A DNA stretch of 63,525 nt, the filler included, from a bacterium (GTDB lineage Bacteria; JALSQH01), in NCBI GenBank assembly GCA_026985515.1. It is 3 parts of 3 records of this genome, joined end to end, with 100 filler letters (N's around TTAATTAATTAA, not from the genome) between each part and the next. Parts side by side here need not be neighbours in the genome. Positions count along the whole stretch, not along the records: positions 1 to 30,202 come from JALSQH010000193.1; positions 30,303 to 60,186 come from JALSQH010000195.1; 1 more part is not named here. One strand, written 5' to 3'. The translations under genes were made by a program, and so were the position numbers. This document shows positions 22,432-32,758 of this stretch, piece by piece. The stretch's first letter is position 1, and the number at the start of each line of letters is the position of its first letter. The notes under the pieces are model-generated. The model ran no database searches and was not told the DNA's origin. It was given only the letters and a program-made list of their open reading frames with translations.

Positions 22432-23330
22432 TCAGGTACCTCAAAGAGAGGAATTACGAGTATCTTGAGAATTTTCCCATGAGCCAGTTTACGTCTATCA
22501 GAGTGGGAGGAAGGGCTGATCTTATTTTTCTGCCGAAGAATGAAGAAGAATTGATCAATTTCATAAAGGAGTTCAGGGACAAAAATCTGAAAATTACAGT
22601 GCTTGGAGAGGGGACAAATGTTATTGTCAGGGATGGGGGAATCAGAGGAGTTGTTATATCTCTTAAAAATCTCAGGGGGATCAGATTTGTCAGGGAGGGG
22701 AATTTTTACCTTGTTCATGTTAAGGCTGGTGAGCCTCTTCCTTCACTGGTGAAAAAAGGAATGACTTACGGTCTTTCGGGAATTGAGAAACTTGCAGGAA
22801 TTCCGGGAAGCGTTGGAGGAGCCATAAGTGGTAACGCGGGTCTTCACAGAAAAGGCATAGGAGAATTTGTGGAAGAGGTGGAGCTGGTGACATTCTATGG
22901 AAGAAGAAGAAAATTTGGAAAGGATGAGATTGAGTTCACTTACAGAAAAACGAAATTTCCAGTTTCAGGCATAATAGTGGAGGCAACCCTTAAGTTTCCC
23001 ATAGGTGATTGTGGAAAAATAAAGGAAATGGTTCTTGAGAATATAAAGAAAAAGAGTGATTCCCAGCCCTTAAACCTACCATCCGCAGGATCTGTGTTCA
23101 AAAATCCAGCAGGCAGAAAAGCATGGAAGTTAATAAGTGATGCAGGATTGCGGGGATTGAGGCTTGGTGGGGCAAGGATCTCTGAAAAACACGCAAATTT
23201 CATAGTTAATGAAGGAGGAGCTACAGCAAGAGACATTGAAACGATTATTGATCTTGTGAAAAAGAGGGTAAAGAAAGTTTATGGGGTTGAAATGGAAGAG
23301 GAAGTGAAAATCATAGGAGAGAAAAAATGA
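22413..23330 (+). CDS. murB: UDP-N-acetylenolpyruvoylglucosamine reductase
   Basis: GIPGSVGGA, SAGSVFKNP and SEKHANF motifs. Confidence 0.97.
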   Translation: MEIKEVIRYLKERNYEYLENFPMSQFTSIRVGGRADLIFLPKNEEELINFIKEFRDKNLKITVLGEGTNVIVRDGGIRGVVISLKNLRGIRFVREGNFYLVHVKAGEPLPSLVKKGMTYGLSGIEKLAGIPGSVGGAISGNAGLHRKGIGEFVEEVELVTFYGRRRKFGKDEIEFTYRKTKFPVSGIIVEATLKFPIGDCGKIKEMVLENIKKKSDSQPLNLPSAGSVFKNPAGRKAWKLISDAGLRGLRLGGARISEKHANFIVNEGGATARDIETIIDLVKKRVKKVYGVEMEEEVKIIGEKK

Positions 23331-24232
23331 GGAGTAAAAAAATTGGAGTCATAATGGGTGGTGTCTCTTCAGAGAGAGAAGTGTCAATGTTAACTGGAAA
23401 AGCTGTTTCGCAGGCTTTACAGTATCTGGGTTACAGAGTTGTTGACATAGATGCTGGATGGGACCTTGTGGAAGTACTGCTTAGAGAAAAAATCGATGTT
23501 GCTTTCAACGCTCTTCATGGAACACTTGGTGAAGATGGTTATATTCAGGGTTTACTTGAATGGATGAGGATTCCATACACCGGACCTGATCTCCTGTACT
23601 GTGCCCTTTCTATGGATAAGGAACTTTCAAGAATTATTTTTGAAAGGGAGAAAATACCTGTACCACCATGGCAGAAGTATGTTAGGGGAAAAAGTGAGTT
23701 AGAATTTGATTTTCCATTTGTTGTAAAACCAGTGGCAGAGGGATCCAGTGTGGGTGTGGAAATAATAGAATCTGAGGAGCAATTTGAAAATTACCTTGAG
23801 AGATCAAGAGGAGATCTTCTCATTGAAAAATATCTGCGTGGCAGGGAGATAACTGTTGGAATCCTTGAGGGAAAACCTATTGGAACTGTGGAAATAAGGC
23901 CAAAAATTGACAGATTTTATTCCTATAAGGCGAAGTATACTCCGGGTGGCACAGAGTACCTTGTCCCTGCTCCTCTTTCCAGAAAAGAAGAGGAGGAAGT
24001 TTTTGAAATAGCTCTGAGAGCTCACAGAGCATTGAAAGGTGGTGACGAAGAAGCGGTCAGGGTTGACACAATTTATGTTGAAGGTGAGGGATTTTATGTG
24101 CTTGAAATAAACGCTCTTCCAGGAATGACATCCACAAGTTTGTTACCAAAAATTGCAAAACATGCAGGGATAGATTTTCCAGAGCTTGTGGAAAGAATTC
24201 TTTTGAAGGCAAGGTTACGGGGAAAATGGTGA
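23327..24232 (+). CDS. ddl: D-alanine--D-alanine ligase
   Basis: GGVSSEREVS, LHGTLGEDG, GSSVG, YKAKY and LEINALPGMT motifs. Confidence 0.97.
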   Translation: MRSKKIGVIMGGVSSEREVSMLTGKAVSQALQYLGYRVVDIDAGWDLVEVLLREKIDVAFNALHGTLGEDGYIQGLLEWMRIPYTGPDLLYCALSMDKELSRIIFEREKIPVPPWQKYVRGKSELEFDFPFVVKPVAEGSSVGVEIIESEEQFENYLERSRGDLLIEKYLRGREITVGILEGKPIGTVEIRPKIDRFYSYKAKYTPGGTEYLVPAPLSRKEEEEVFEIALRAHRALKGGDEEAVRVDTIYVEGEGFYVLEINALPGMTSTSLLPKIAKHAGIDFPELVERILLKARLRGKW

Positions 24233-25020
24233 GGATAAAGGAAGATACAAAATTTAAGATCCGGTTCAGAATAAGACGTATAAAAGTGGAAATGAAAAAG
24301 CGTTCCCTTTACATTTTAATTTTTATTTTCATCTTTGCAATTTCAGCGGGAATCTATGGTGTTTTGAAAGCCTTTTTCAATAGTGACTTCTTTAATGTAA
24401 AGTATGTGCAGATAAGGGGAATGCAGAATTTAACTCCCGAAGCTGTCATAAGGCGAATTAACCTTTTCCAGCCCGTGAACATTTTTGAAATAGATACTCA
24501 GAAGCTTATCAAAAGGTTGAGTTCAATTGGGTGGGTGGAGAGTGTCTCAATTACTTCAAAATTGCCCGATACTATCATAGTGAATCTCAGAGAAAGGGTT
24601 CCTTACACTTATCTCCAGGTTGGCAAGAGATATTTTCTGATAGACAGGAATGGTGTGGTGATAACAGGCGTTAACAGGAGGAAGTTTTCTCTGCCACTTC
24701 TGAGAATAACAGATCTGTCATGCCTGAAAGATGGGAAAATTAAGCAGCCTCTTTGGAGTAACTATGTTTCGCTGGTTGAGGCCATATCTTCCTGTGGGCT
24801 TACAGGGAAAATAACCGGGATAGAGACTGACGGCGGTGGATTTAATATCTATATCAATTCTTTGAAAATAGATGCAGGCACAGGCGATTTTAAAATTAAA
24901 TTGTGTCGTCTTAAGAAGGCTCTTTCCTATCTTGAGAAAAGGGGAATTTCTGTGGAGGAGCTTCAGTTTCTTGATAAAGATGATGTCGTTGCAAAATACA
25001 CAAAAGTTGATGGGAGGTAG
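24226..25020 (+). CDS. ftsQ: Cell division protein FtsQ/DivIB
   Basis: TM plus POTRA domain (WVESVSITSKLPDTIIVNLRER); lies between ddl and ftsA. Confidence 0.9.
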   Translation: MVRIKEDTKFKIRFRIRRIKVEMKKRSLYILIFIFIFAISAGIYGVLKAFFNSDFFNVKYVQIRGMQNLTPEAVIRRINLFQPVNIFEIDTQKLIKRLSSIGWVESVSITSKLPDTIIVNLRERVPYTYLQVGKRYFLIDRNGVVITGVNRRKFSLPLLRITDLSCLKDGKIKQPLWSNYVSLVEAISSCGLTGKITGIETDGGGFNIYINSLKIDAGTGDFKIKLCRLKKALSYLEKRGISVEELQFLDKDDVVAKYTKVDGR

Positions 25021-25023
25021 AAA

Positions 25024-26235
25024 ATGAAGAAGGGGGTAAGAAGATATGTGGGGATGGATGTGGGGAGCAGTAAGACAATCTGCATGGTGGGGGAGGAAAG
25101 TGAGAAGGGTCTGAAAATTATTGGTAAGGGGGAAGTAAAAACAAACGGCTTCAGAGATGGTGTTGTTGTGGATTTTGCCAGTGCAGTTAAGACCATAAAA
25201 GAAGCGGTAAGATCTGCAAGGGTTTATACTGAAGAAGAAATTGAGAATGTGGCTGTTACACTTGGTGGGACCCATGTTGAGCAGATCAGCGTTACGGTGG
25301 AAATTCCCATAAGCAAAAAATCTATCACAAAGGATGATATTCACAGATTGATTGAGTCTGCAAGAGAAGAGGCAAAAAAGAGAATAAAAGATCAGGAAAA
25401 AATTATTATTCATTCCACCCCTTACCGTTTTCTGGTAAATGGCGATACTGAGGTAGTAAATCCTGAGGAAATGGATGCAGATAGGTTGACAGCAGAGGTT
25501 AATGTTTACGTTGGTGACAGAAACAAGATTGAAAACTTTAAGAAAGCTTTTTACGAAGCAGGTGTTAATATTACCGCTGTCTTTATTCCTCATTACGCAA
25601 TGGGAATGGGGGTTTTTAACAGTGAATTCAGGGAGCAGGTGATAGGGGTTATTGATTTAGGTCACTCCCTTCTCAAAGGGGTAGTTTTCAGAAACGGGAA
25701 AATAGAGAAGATCTTTACATTTCTGGCTGGCGTTCAATACATCACAAAGGATATTGGAGCTGTTTTCAGGTTGAAACAGCAGGATGCAGAAAGGCTGAAA
25801 AAACATGGTGTGGCTTTACCATCTAAGATAACCGACCCTGATAGCACAGTGGAGGCGAGGGCTTTAAATGGAAGCATAAGAAGTTTTCCAGCAGTGATTC
25901 TCTCTGAGATTATCAGTGCCAGGCAGGAGGAGATACTGAGGCTTGTATGGGATAATATGAAAAGCAGTCCATCTTTTTCGTCAATAAAGCATGTTTATCT
26001 GATTGGTGGGGGGGCAAAGCTGAAATATGTGAAGGAACTTGCCGAAGAAATCTTCTCAGTTGATGTTACAATTGGCAGGCCCACAGGTGTTACTTCAATT
26101 GATAATGGGGTGCTGGGACCCGAGTATGTACAGGTCGTGGGGGTAATTAAAGCCCTGTACAGCAGGGGTTCAGGGCCTGAGAGAAAAAGTTTTTTTGGAA
26201 AAGTGGGAATTGCACTTAAAAAGATGTTTGCTTAA
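25024..26235 (+). CDS. ftsA: Cell division protein FtsA
   Basis: DVGSSK, AERLK, GGGAKL and a C-terminal amphipathic helix; directly upstream of ftsZ. Confidence 0.93.
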   Translation: MKKGVRRYVGMDVGSSKTICMVGEESEKGLKIIGKGEVKTNGFRDGVVVDFASAVKTIKEAVRSARVYTEEEIENVAVTLGGTHVEQISVTVEIPISKKSITKDDIHRLIESAREEAKKRIKDQEKIIIHSTPYRFLVNGDTEVVNPEEMDADRLTAEVNVYVGDRNKIENFKKAFYEAGVNITAVFIPHYAMGMGVFNSEFREQVIGVIDLGHSLLKGVVFRNGKIEKIFTFLAGVQYITKDIGAVFRLKQQDAERLKKHGVALPSKITDPDSTVEARALNGSIRSFPAVILSEIISARQEEILRLVWDNMKSSPSFSSIKHVYLIGGGAKLKYVKELAEEIFSVDVTIGRPTGVTSIDNGVLGPEYVQVVGVIKALYSRGSGPERKSFFGKVGIALKKMFA

Positions 26236-26257
26236 CCAATCCAAAAGGAGGTTTGCA

Positions 26258-27439
26258 ATGGAATTTATGGTAAAAGACGAGAAAAAAACAAAGGCGGTTA
26301 TAAAGGTCGTGGGAGTGGGTGGTGCAGGAGGAAATGCTGTTAATAACATGATTGAGAACAAACTTCAGAATGTGGAATTTATAGCCGCAAATACTGACTT
26401 TCAGGCTCTGAGCATGGTTAAGGCACCTATCCAGCTTCAGCTTGGTGAAAAGGTTACAAAAGGACTGGGCAGTGGGGGTGACCCCAGAATCGGAGAAAAG
26501 GCTGCCATAGATGACAGGGAAAAGATAAAGCAGATTCTTGAAAAGGCTGATCTTGTGTTCATAACAGCAGGTATGGGAGGAGGAACTGGCACCGGAGCTT
26601 CACCTGTAATTGCAAAAATAGCAAAGGAGCTGGAAGCACTGGTTGTTGGTGTTGTCACGATGCCCTTCAGGTATGAAGGAGCACCAAGGAGAAGAAAGGC
26701 GAAGGAAGGGCTGGAAAAATTGAAGGAAGTGGCAGATGCACTGATAGTGGTATCCAACGATAAGCTATCCCAGTTTTTTGGTAAAGGATTGAAGTTTAAA
26801 GATGTTTTCAAAAAAGCTGATGAGGTCCTCTACCTGGCTGTAAGGGGCATACTTGATGTTGTTGAGATGACAGGATATATTAATAATGATTTCAACGATG
26901 TAAAGAGTATCCTTGAAAATGCAGGCGAGGTTATAATGGGAACAGGTCTTGCAAGTGGTGAAGACAGGATTAAAAAAGCCCTTGATCTTGCAATATCCAA
27001 TCCTCTTGTTGAAAATCCAGTAATTGACAACCCCAGGAAGGTGCTTGTAAACATAAATTTCCCGGAAGACACTTTCACTTTTGATGAATTTGAAGAAGCC
27101 ATGAAATATGCCCAGGAATATTTTGGCGACGAGACTGAAATACTCCCTGGTGCCGGTGAAAGTCCTGATCTGAAGGGTGACGAGATAAGAATTACTGTCA
27201 TTGGAGCCGGTAGAAAGAGAAGAGCGGGAGAGGATTCCACCACTGAGGAGACAATCCCCCGGCACTATACTGTGGAAGAAACCGGTACCCATTCCTTCCC
27301 AACGGGAGATTATGGTCATGGGAGCGGTTCCTATTCAGGAGCTTCAGTCTCCTTTCCTCCTGAGAGAGAAATAGACAAAAATGACTTTGAAATTCCAACC
27401 ATATGGCGAAAAAATAGGGAAAACAAAGGAAAGTGGTAG
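26258..27439 (+). CDS. ftsZ: Cell division protein FtsZ
   Basis: GVGGAGGNAVNNM, GMGGGTGTG and NNDFND T7 loop. AGGAGG SD precedes ATG at 26258. Confidence 0.99.
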   Translation: MEFMVKDEKKTKAVIKVVGVGGAGGNAVNNMIENKLQNVEFIAANTDFQALSMVKAPIQLQLGEKVTKGLGSGGDPRIGEKAAIDDREKIKQILEKADLVFITAGMGGGTGTGASPVIAKIAKELEALVVGVVTMPFRYEGAPRRRKAKEGLEKLKEVADALIVVSNDKLSQFFGKGLKFKDVFKKADEVLYLAVRGILDVVEMTGYINNDFNDVKSILENAGEVIMGTGLASGEDRIKKALDLAISNPLVENPVIDNPRKVLVNINFPEDTFTFDEFEEAMKYAQEYFGDETEILPGAGESPDLKGDEIRITVIGAGRKRRAGEDSTTEETIPRHYTVEETGTHSFPTGDYGHGSGSYSGASVSFPPEREIDKNDFEIPTIWRKNRENKGKW

Positions 27440-27448
27440 TCACCTGTT

Positions 27449-29011
27449 GTGCGTGTAATTGAGGAAAACAGAATAATTCCCGACAGGGGAAAGAGATACT
27501 GCGCTGGAATAGTTTTCCCCAACAGATATGAAGTTGCTACGGCAAATCTGGGTTTCCACTGGCTCTACAGGAAGGTAAATGAGCATCCATTCTTCTGGGG
27601 GGAGAGGTTTACCATTGAAAGTGACCTCTCACTCGACGGAGAAGTGAGTTTATCAGATTGTGATCTGATTTTGCTCTCAGTTTCCTTTGAAAATGATCTG
27701 CTGAATATCATAAATTTATTTAAAACTCTTAAAGTTCATATTCTTGCTGAAGAAAGAGGGGATAATCTGCCTCCAGTAATTATGGGGGGAGCGGTGACTT
27801 TTTTCAATCCCTATCCTTTCCTCAGGCTGGTTGATTCAATTGTGCTGGGTGAGGGAGAAGATAAGATATTTGCACTTCTCAATGCATTTGTTGAAAGTGA
27901 CGGAAAGAAGAAGATCTTTATTGGTAAGATCTCAGGCTTTGACTGGGTCATAACTTATGGCAAAAAGAGTGGGAAAAGATTCCCTCTGTATGCTCTTGAA
28001 GAGGGGGGCTGGTCCGTTTTTTTTTCAAATAAGGGTGAATTTGGCAGAAGCTTCCTTATAGAAATCCAGAGAGGATGCACTCATCTCTGCCGCTTTTGTG
28101 GAGCTGGTTATACCTACCTACCACCGAGATTTTTCGGAGTTGAAAAAATTATTGATACAGTTGAAACATGGGGAGAAAAGGTGCCCAGAGTCGGGCTCAT
28201 ATCACCTTCTCCCTCTGATCATCCCCGGTTCCTGCAGATTCTGGAAAGAATCATTGAAACTGGAAGAAAATTTACGCTTTCATCCATCAGACCAGAATCA
28301 GCTTGTGGGGAATTATTCGACCTTATTGCCAGGGGAGGACCAGATACACTCACCCTCGCCCCAGAGGCAGGGAGCGAAGAGGAAAGGAAAATTCTTAACA
28401 AGAACATACCCGACGATCTTTTCTTTGATTTTGCTGAAAGGGCAAGTAAAGCAGGAATAAAAAGATTGAAACTATACTTCATAATTGGGAGGGAGGAAGG
28501 TGAGGAAGAAGTAAACAATATTCTGAGTTTTCTTAAAAAGTTAAAGAATTTTTCGCGTAGAGTTGTTTTATCAGCGTCTTTCAGTATATTTGTACCCAAG
28601 CCTTTTACACCTTTCCAGTGGAAAAGCATGGATACAATTCCCTCTCTGGAATGGAAAATAAGGCGTCTGAGAAGAGAAACAGTTGCCATTGGAGTAAAAG
28701 CCACATTTGAAAATATTTATGATGCATTCACCGAAGGATTAATAGCAAGAAGTGATGAGACTCTTGTGAATCTCATTGCTGATGAAAGGAAAATTTCTCC
28801 TAAAAAGGTTGTGGTAAAAAACATGAAACTGATTGAGGAATTGCTCAACAGGGAATTTGATACTGATTATAAATTCCCCTGGGAAAGAATAGAAACCCCT
28901 CTACTGAAAAAGTTTCTTATCAGTGAATCAGTAAGGGCGATAAAGGGGAAAACCACACCCGGCTGTCTTCCTGAAAGATGCAGAAAATGTGGTGTGTGTG
29001 ATTATGGATAA
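27449..29011 (+). CDS. Radical SAM protein (YgiQ/TIGR03960-like)
   Basis: EIQRGCTHLCRFC (CxxxCxxC), TLAPEAGS, KLYFIIG, FVPKPFTPFQW and a C-terminal C..CxxCGVC. Confidence 0.88.
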   Translation: MRVIEENRIIPDRGKRYCAGIVFPNRYEVATANLGFHWLYRKVNEHPFFWGERFTIESDLSLDGEVSLSDCDLILLSVSFENDLLNIINLFKTLKVHILAEERGDNLPPVIMGGAVTFFNPYPFLRLVDSIVLGEGEDKIFALLNAFVESDGKKKIFIGKISGFDWVITYGKKSGKRFPLYALEEGGWSVFFSNKGEFGRSFLIEIQRGCTHLCRFCGAGYTYLPPRFFGVEKIIDTVETWGEKVPRVGLISPSPSDHPRFLQILERIIETGRKFTLSSIRPESACGELFDLIARGGPDTLTLAPEAGSEEERKILNKNIPDDLFFDFAERASKAGIKRLKLYFIIGREEGEEEVNNILSFLKKLKNFSRRVVLSASFSIFVPKPFTPFQWKSMDTIPSLEWKIRRLRRETVAIGVKATFENIYDAFTEGLIARSDETLVNLIADERKISPKKVVVKNMKLIEELLNREFDTDYKFPWERIETPLLKKFLISESVRAIKGKTTPGCLPERCRKCGVCDYG

Positions 29012-30202
29012 AGTTTATTCAGATAAATCAGGTGGAAGATAGTTTGATCATAGGCCTTTATGTAGTTCAGGTTAAATTTCCCGTATCTTCTCAAAATTTC
29101 TTTTAAATCGTAGCTTACAAATCCATCTGGAGTTACCATGGTGTAGTAATAACCATTGACATTTAGTGCAAAGTGGTGTGATTGATCAAATACCGAATTT
29201 CCCGCTGATGCAAAGGGTGATTTAATTCCTGCTAAATCAATTATGGTGTTGAAGATATCTACCTGGGAGTGTATGGAGGTGACCTCTTCTGGATAGAATC
29301 TCCCTGGTGCATATATGATTAGAGGAATACGCATAAATTCCAGGGGTCTTCTGTGCAGTTCAATTCCATACTGTTTCAAAGGAGTATTGTTCAGTAAAAA
29401 AGTGTGATCAGCAACAAAGAAAAAGATGGTGTTTTTAAACCACTTTTTCTTTTCAGCCTCTTTCATAAATTTTCCAATTGCCCAGTCAGCATAGTAAAGG
29501 GTGTTTAGGAACCCCGTGATCTGTCCTTCACTGTGTCTGTATTTTTCCCACTTTTTACCTGGCGAAATGAAGGGGATATGTGTTGCAGCTGTAAAGGCAA
29601 ATATGAAAAAGGGTTCTTTTGTATGATCAAGCAATTTTATAATCATATCATACATGTTCCTATCCCACGTACCAAGAAGCGGATGGCGTATCTCAGGTCC
29701 CGGAAAGTTCATGTCTTCTGCCCCATAGTATTCATCAAATCCCGCAATCCTTGCAATAGAATCAACTCTGAGGGATCTCCGCCAGGAGGCCTGTAACATT
29801 GTTGAGTGATAACCTTTTTTCTTTAGCAGCTTTGGAAGGTAGCTCAGGTTTGATAATTCAAGGCCACTGCCCAGGTAATCCACTCCCGGTGGTCTGATTA
29901 TCCCTGTCAAAATTGAGGTTATACCGTCCAGGCTTCTTATTCCATTGGCATAAAAATTTGTGAATTTTATTCCATTATTTGCCAGATAGTCAAAATTTGG
30001 AGTGACTTTCAATTTGCCACCGGCACCCTCATTGAAGGAGTCGATATAGAGGGCGCTGAAACTCTCAAGGAGGATAACAATAAAATTGGGAGTTTTTTTT
30101 TCACTACCGCTGGTAACAGTGTATTTTCTCACCAGAGGAAATTTTTGGTTGCAAAATATGGTTCTTTCTGATGCGATTAAGTTTTTTACAATTTTTAATG
30201 CC
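29002..30202 (-). CDS. LTA synthase/sulfatase-like alkaline-phosphatase superfamily transferase (5'-partial)
   Basis: PNFIVILLES, VTPNFD, TH.PF, YADWAIG, ADH and IPLIIY motifs. The frame stays open into the gap. Confidence 0.88.
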
Positions 30203-30302
30203 NNNNNNNNNNNNNNNNNNNNNNNNNNNNNNNNNNNNNNNNNNNNTTAATTAATTAANNNNNNNNNNNNNNNNNNNNNNNNNNNNNNNNNNNNNNNNNN
30301 NN
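30203..30302. other. Assembly gap with artificial TTAATTAATTAA linker
   Basis: 100-nt N run with the six-frame-stop linker at 30247-30258. Confidence 0.98.
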
Positions 30303-31978
30303 TTGTTCTCTCAGCTATCATAATTGGAGCATCCATCTATTTCTTCCCCAGGCTTTCAACAGAAGTTAACATGATGAACTACTTCCCGAAGAAGAGTCCT
30401 CCCCATGAGGCTGAAATCTTCATGGAGAAAAACTTTGGAGGATCAATTCCATATTCAATTTTTGTCACAGGGGAGAGTGTCACTCTGAAAAATCCATTTG
30501 TTCTTAAAGAAATAGAAAAAATGGAGAAGTGGCTCAGAGTACTTAAAGACTCAAAGAATCCTCAGGGAATAAGCGATTTTCTGGCAGAGGTAAATTACAA
30601 CATGAATGGTGTCAAATCCATCCCTGAGACAGAGGATAAGGTGGGTAATCTTTGGTTCTTCCTTGAAGGACAATCCATGCTTGAACAGATGATCACATCA
30701 GACAACAGAGAAGCTCTGCTTCAGGGTTTCATTGACAGCATGGATACGAAGAAGATTGCATATGTTGTTGATCACATAAATGATTACATAAAAAAGATGC
30801 CCCACACCATCTTCCCTGTGAAGAGGGAAGAAATATATAATCTTCCCGACGGGAAAAAGAAAATCATCCTGAACTGGAAACTGAACGATATTCTTGAAAG
30901 ACTTAATTATGATCTTCTTTATCTGAAAAGAAACTACCCCGGGATTGACACTGATATTGTAAAATCAGCCAGATTTAAAAGCCTCCTTGAGGAATACCTG
31001 AGCCATCCTGAAAAATTACCTCCTCACAGCAGAGAAAAGATTATCTCAGCGGTAAAAGAATACCTTAACAGCGACGAGGCAGAAGTGGAATTAACTCCTG
31101 AGCAGCAGGACAAAGTTCTCAAATTTTACCCACTCTTCATCACAGGTGCAAAGGATTTACTTGCGGAGAAACTAATTAACATGTTTCCCGGAGAGGATCA
31201 CGACGACCTTACCTCCCTTGCATCTTCAATTATTGACCTCACAGCCAACAAGATTGCCATGATCAGGGCCCGGTTTTTGCTTGGGCAACTGAAGATCCCC
31301 GCTTCAGTTGCAGAGGAAGATAAAGGTCTATTGATTGGCGACCTCTGGGGTGTCAATGAAACGGTGTGGGGGATACCAGGAGAAATAGTGAGAAAACTGA
31401 ACCTCACATTGAATGAAAAACCGGTGAAATTCAGAGCGCAGCAGATGGGGATGTCCATGATAATGGAGAAATTGAGAAGACAGCTGATAAAAAATATGGC
31501 AAGCAGCGTTCTTCTGGCGATGTTCCTGGTCTTTCTGATGCTCAGTATCCAGCTCAAATCCTTCGTAGGCGGCATATTCTCCCTCTCAGCCATCATATTC
31601 ACAATCATGGCAAACTTCCTCATCATGGCTCTTTTCGGAATTCCACTGGACAATGTAACTGTTCTTTTTGGAAGCATTGCAGTTGGAATTGGTATAGACT
31701 ACACAATCCACTTCATATCAAGATTAAAACTTGAAGTTAAAAAAGGACTTGATGAAAGAGAGGCAATTGCACGTACAATGTCCACCACCGGTGTTGCCAT
31801 TGTGATTAACACTGTCACAGTTGCAGCAGGCTTTCTTGTCCTCCTTGCATCAAGCATGGTGCCCATGAAAACTCTTGGAGGACTCGTCGCACTCACAATG
31901 TTCTGGAGTGCTCTTGGAGCAATAACCATTTATCCTGCAATTGTACTGGGATTTAAACTGAAATTTCTAAGAAAATAA
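30303..31978 (+). CDS. MMPL/RND superfamily transporter (5'-partial)
   Basis: Second RND half with FGGS, GIGIDYTIHF, TGVAIVIN and GFLVL motifs. The frame is open from the gap edge (30305). Confidence 0.9.
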
Positions 31979-31993
31979 AAAAGGAGGATGAAA

Positions 31994-32743
31994 ATGAAGA
32001 AAACGGCTATCCTGACAGCAGTTCTCTCAATTGTACTTGCAACCTTTCTCGGTGCAGAAACAGGTGAGGAATGGTTGAAGAAAGTTGAAGCAACAATGAA
32101 TGCACCCAGGGACAGGGTCAGCACTGGAACAATGATACTCGTTGACAAAGCGGGGGTAAAAAAGATCAGAAAAACCAAAATGTGGCAGAAAGGAGAAGAT
32201 AAGAAACTGACAAGATTCCTCTCCCCTGCAGATGTGAAGGGTGTAACCTTTCTCAGTCTTTCAGAGAATGAAATGTACCTCTACATGCCTGCCTTCCACA
32301 GGATAAGGAGAATAGCCTCCTCAGCGAAGAATGAAAACTTTATGGGAACAGACTTCACCTATGAAGATATGACAATGAACAAAATGTCTGAAAAATTCAA
32401 TGCAAAGATAGTGAAAGAAGATGCAGATACGGTAACCCTTGAACTCACCCCAAAACCAGATGCAGATGTAAGTTACAGCAAAGAAATAATGGTTATTGAT
32501 AAAAAAACCCTCCTTCCCAGAAAGATAGATTTCTACAACAAAGCTGGGGAACTGGAAAAAACAATGACAGTGCTTGAAACTAAAAAAGTGGGGAAATACT
32601 GGACAATTACACACATGGTTATGGAAAATCACCTAACAAAGCACAAGACAGAAATTATTACTGAAGATATAAAATTTGATGTGGGTCTTCCTGATAAGTT
32701 ATTCACCAGAAGAATGCTGAAAAAGAGACATATCAAGTACTGA
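31994..32743 (+). CDS. Outer membrane lipoprotein-sorting (LolA-like) protein
   Basis: Signal peptide, then FLSPADVKG.TFL, LYMPA..RIRRI and FMGTDFTYED. AGGAGG SD; alternative start at 31988. Confidence 0.9.
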   Translation: MKKTAILTAVLSIVLATFLGAETGEEWLKKVEATMNAPRDRVSTGTMILVDKAGVKKIRKTKMWQKGEDKKLTRFLSPADVKGVTFLSLSENEMYLYMPAFHRIRRIASSAKNENFMGTDFTYEDMTMNKMSEKFNAKIVKEDADTVTLELTPKPDADVSYSKEIMVIDKKTLLPRKIDFYNKAGELEKTMTVLETKKVGKYWTITHMVMENHLTKHKTEIITEDIKFDVGLPDKLFTRRMLKKRHIKY

Positions 32744-32758
32744 AAAGGGGGATGATGC

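Noticed and set aside
24718-25593. 291-aa antisense ORF over ftsQ/ftsA
   Set aside because: It is a codon-bias shadow of conserved genes with no recognisable domain.
30247-30258. TTAATTAATTAA palindrome (also at 60231-60242) as a biological site
   Set aside because: It is embedded in N runs and is a standard artificial contig linker.
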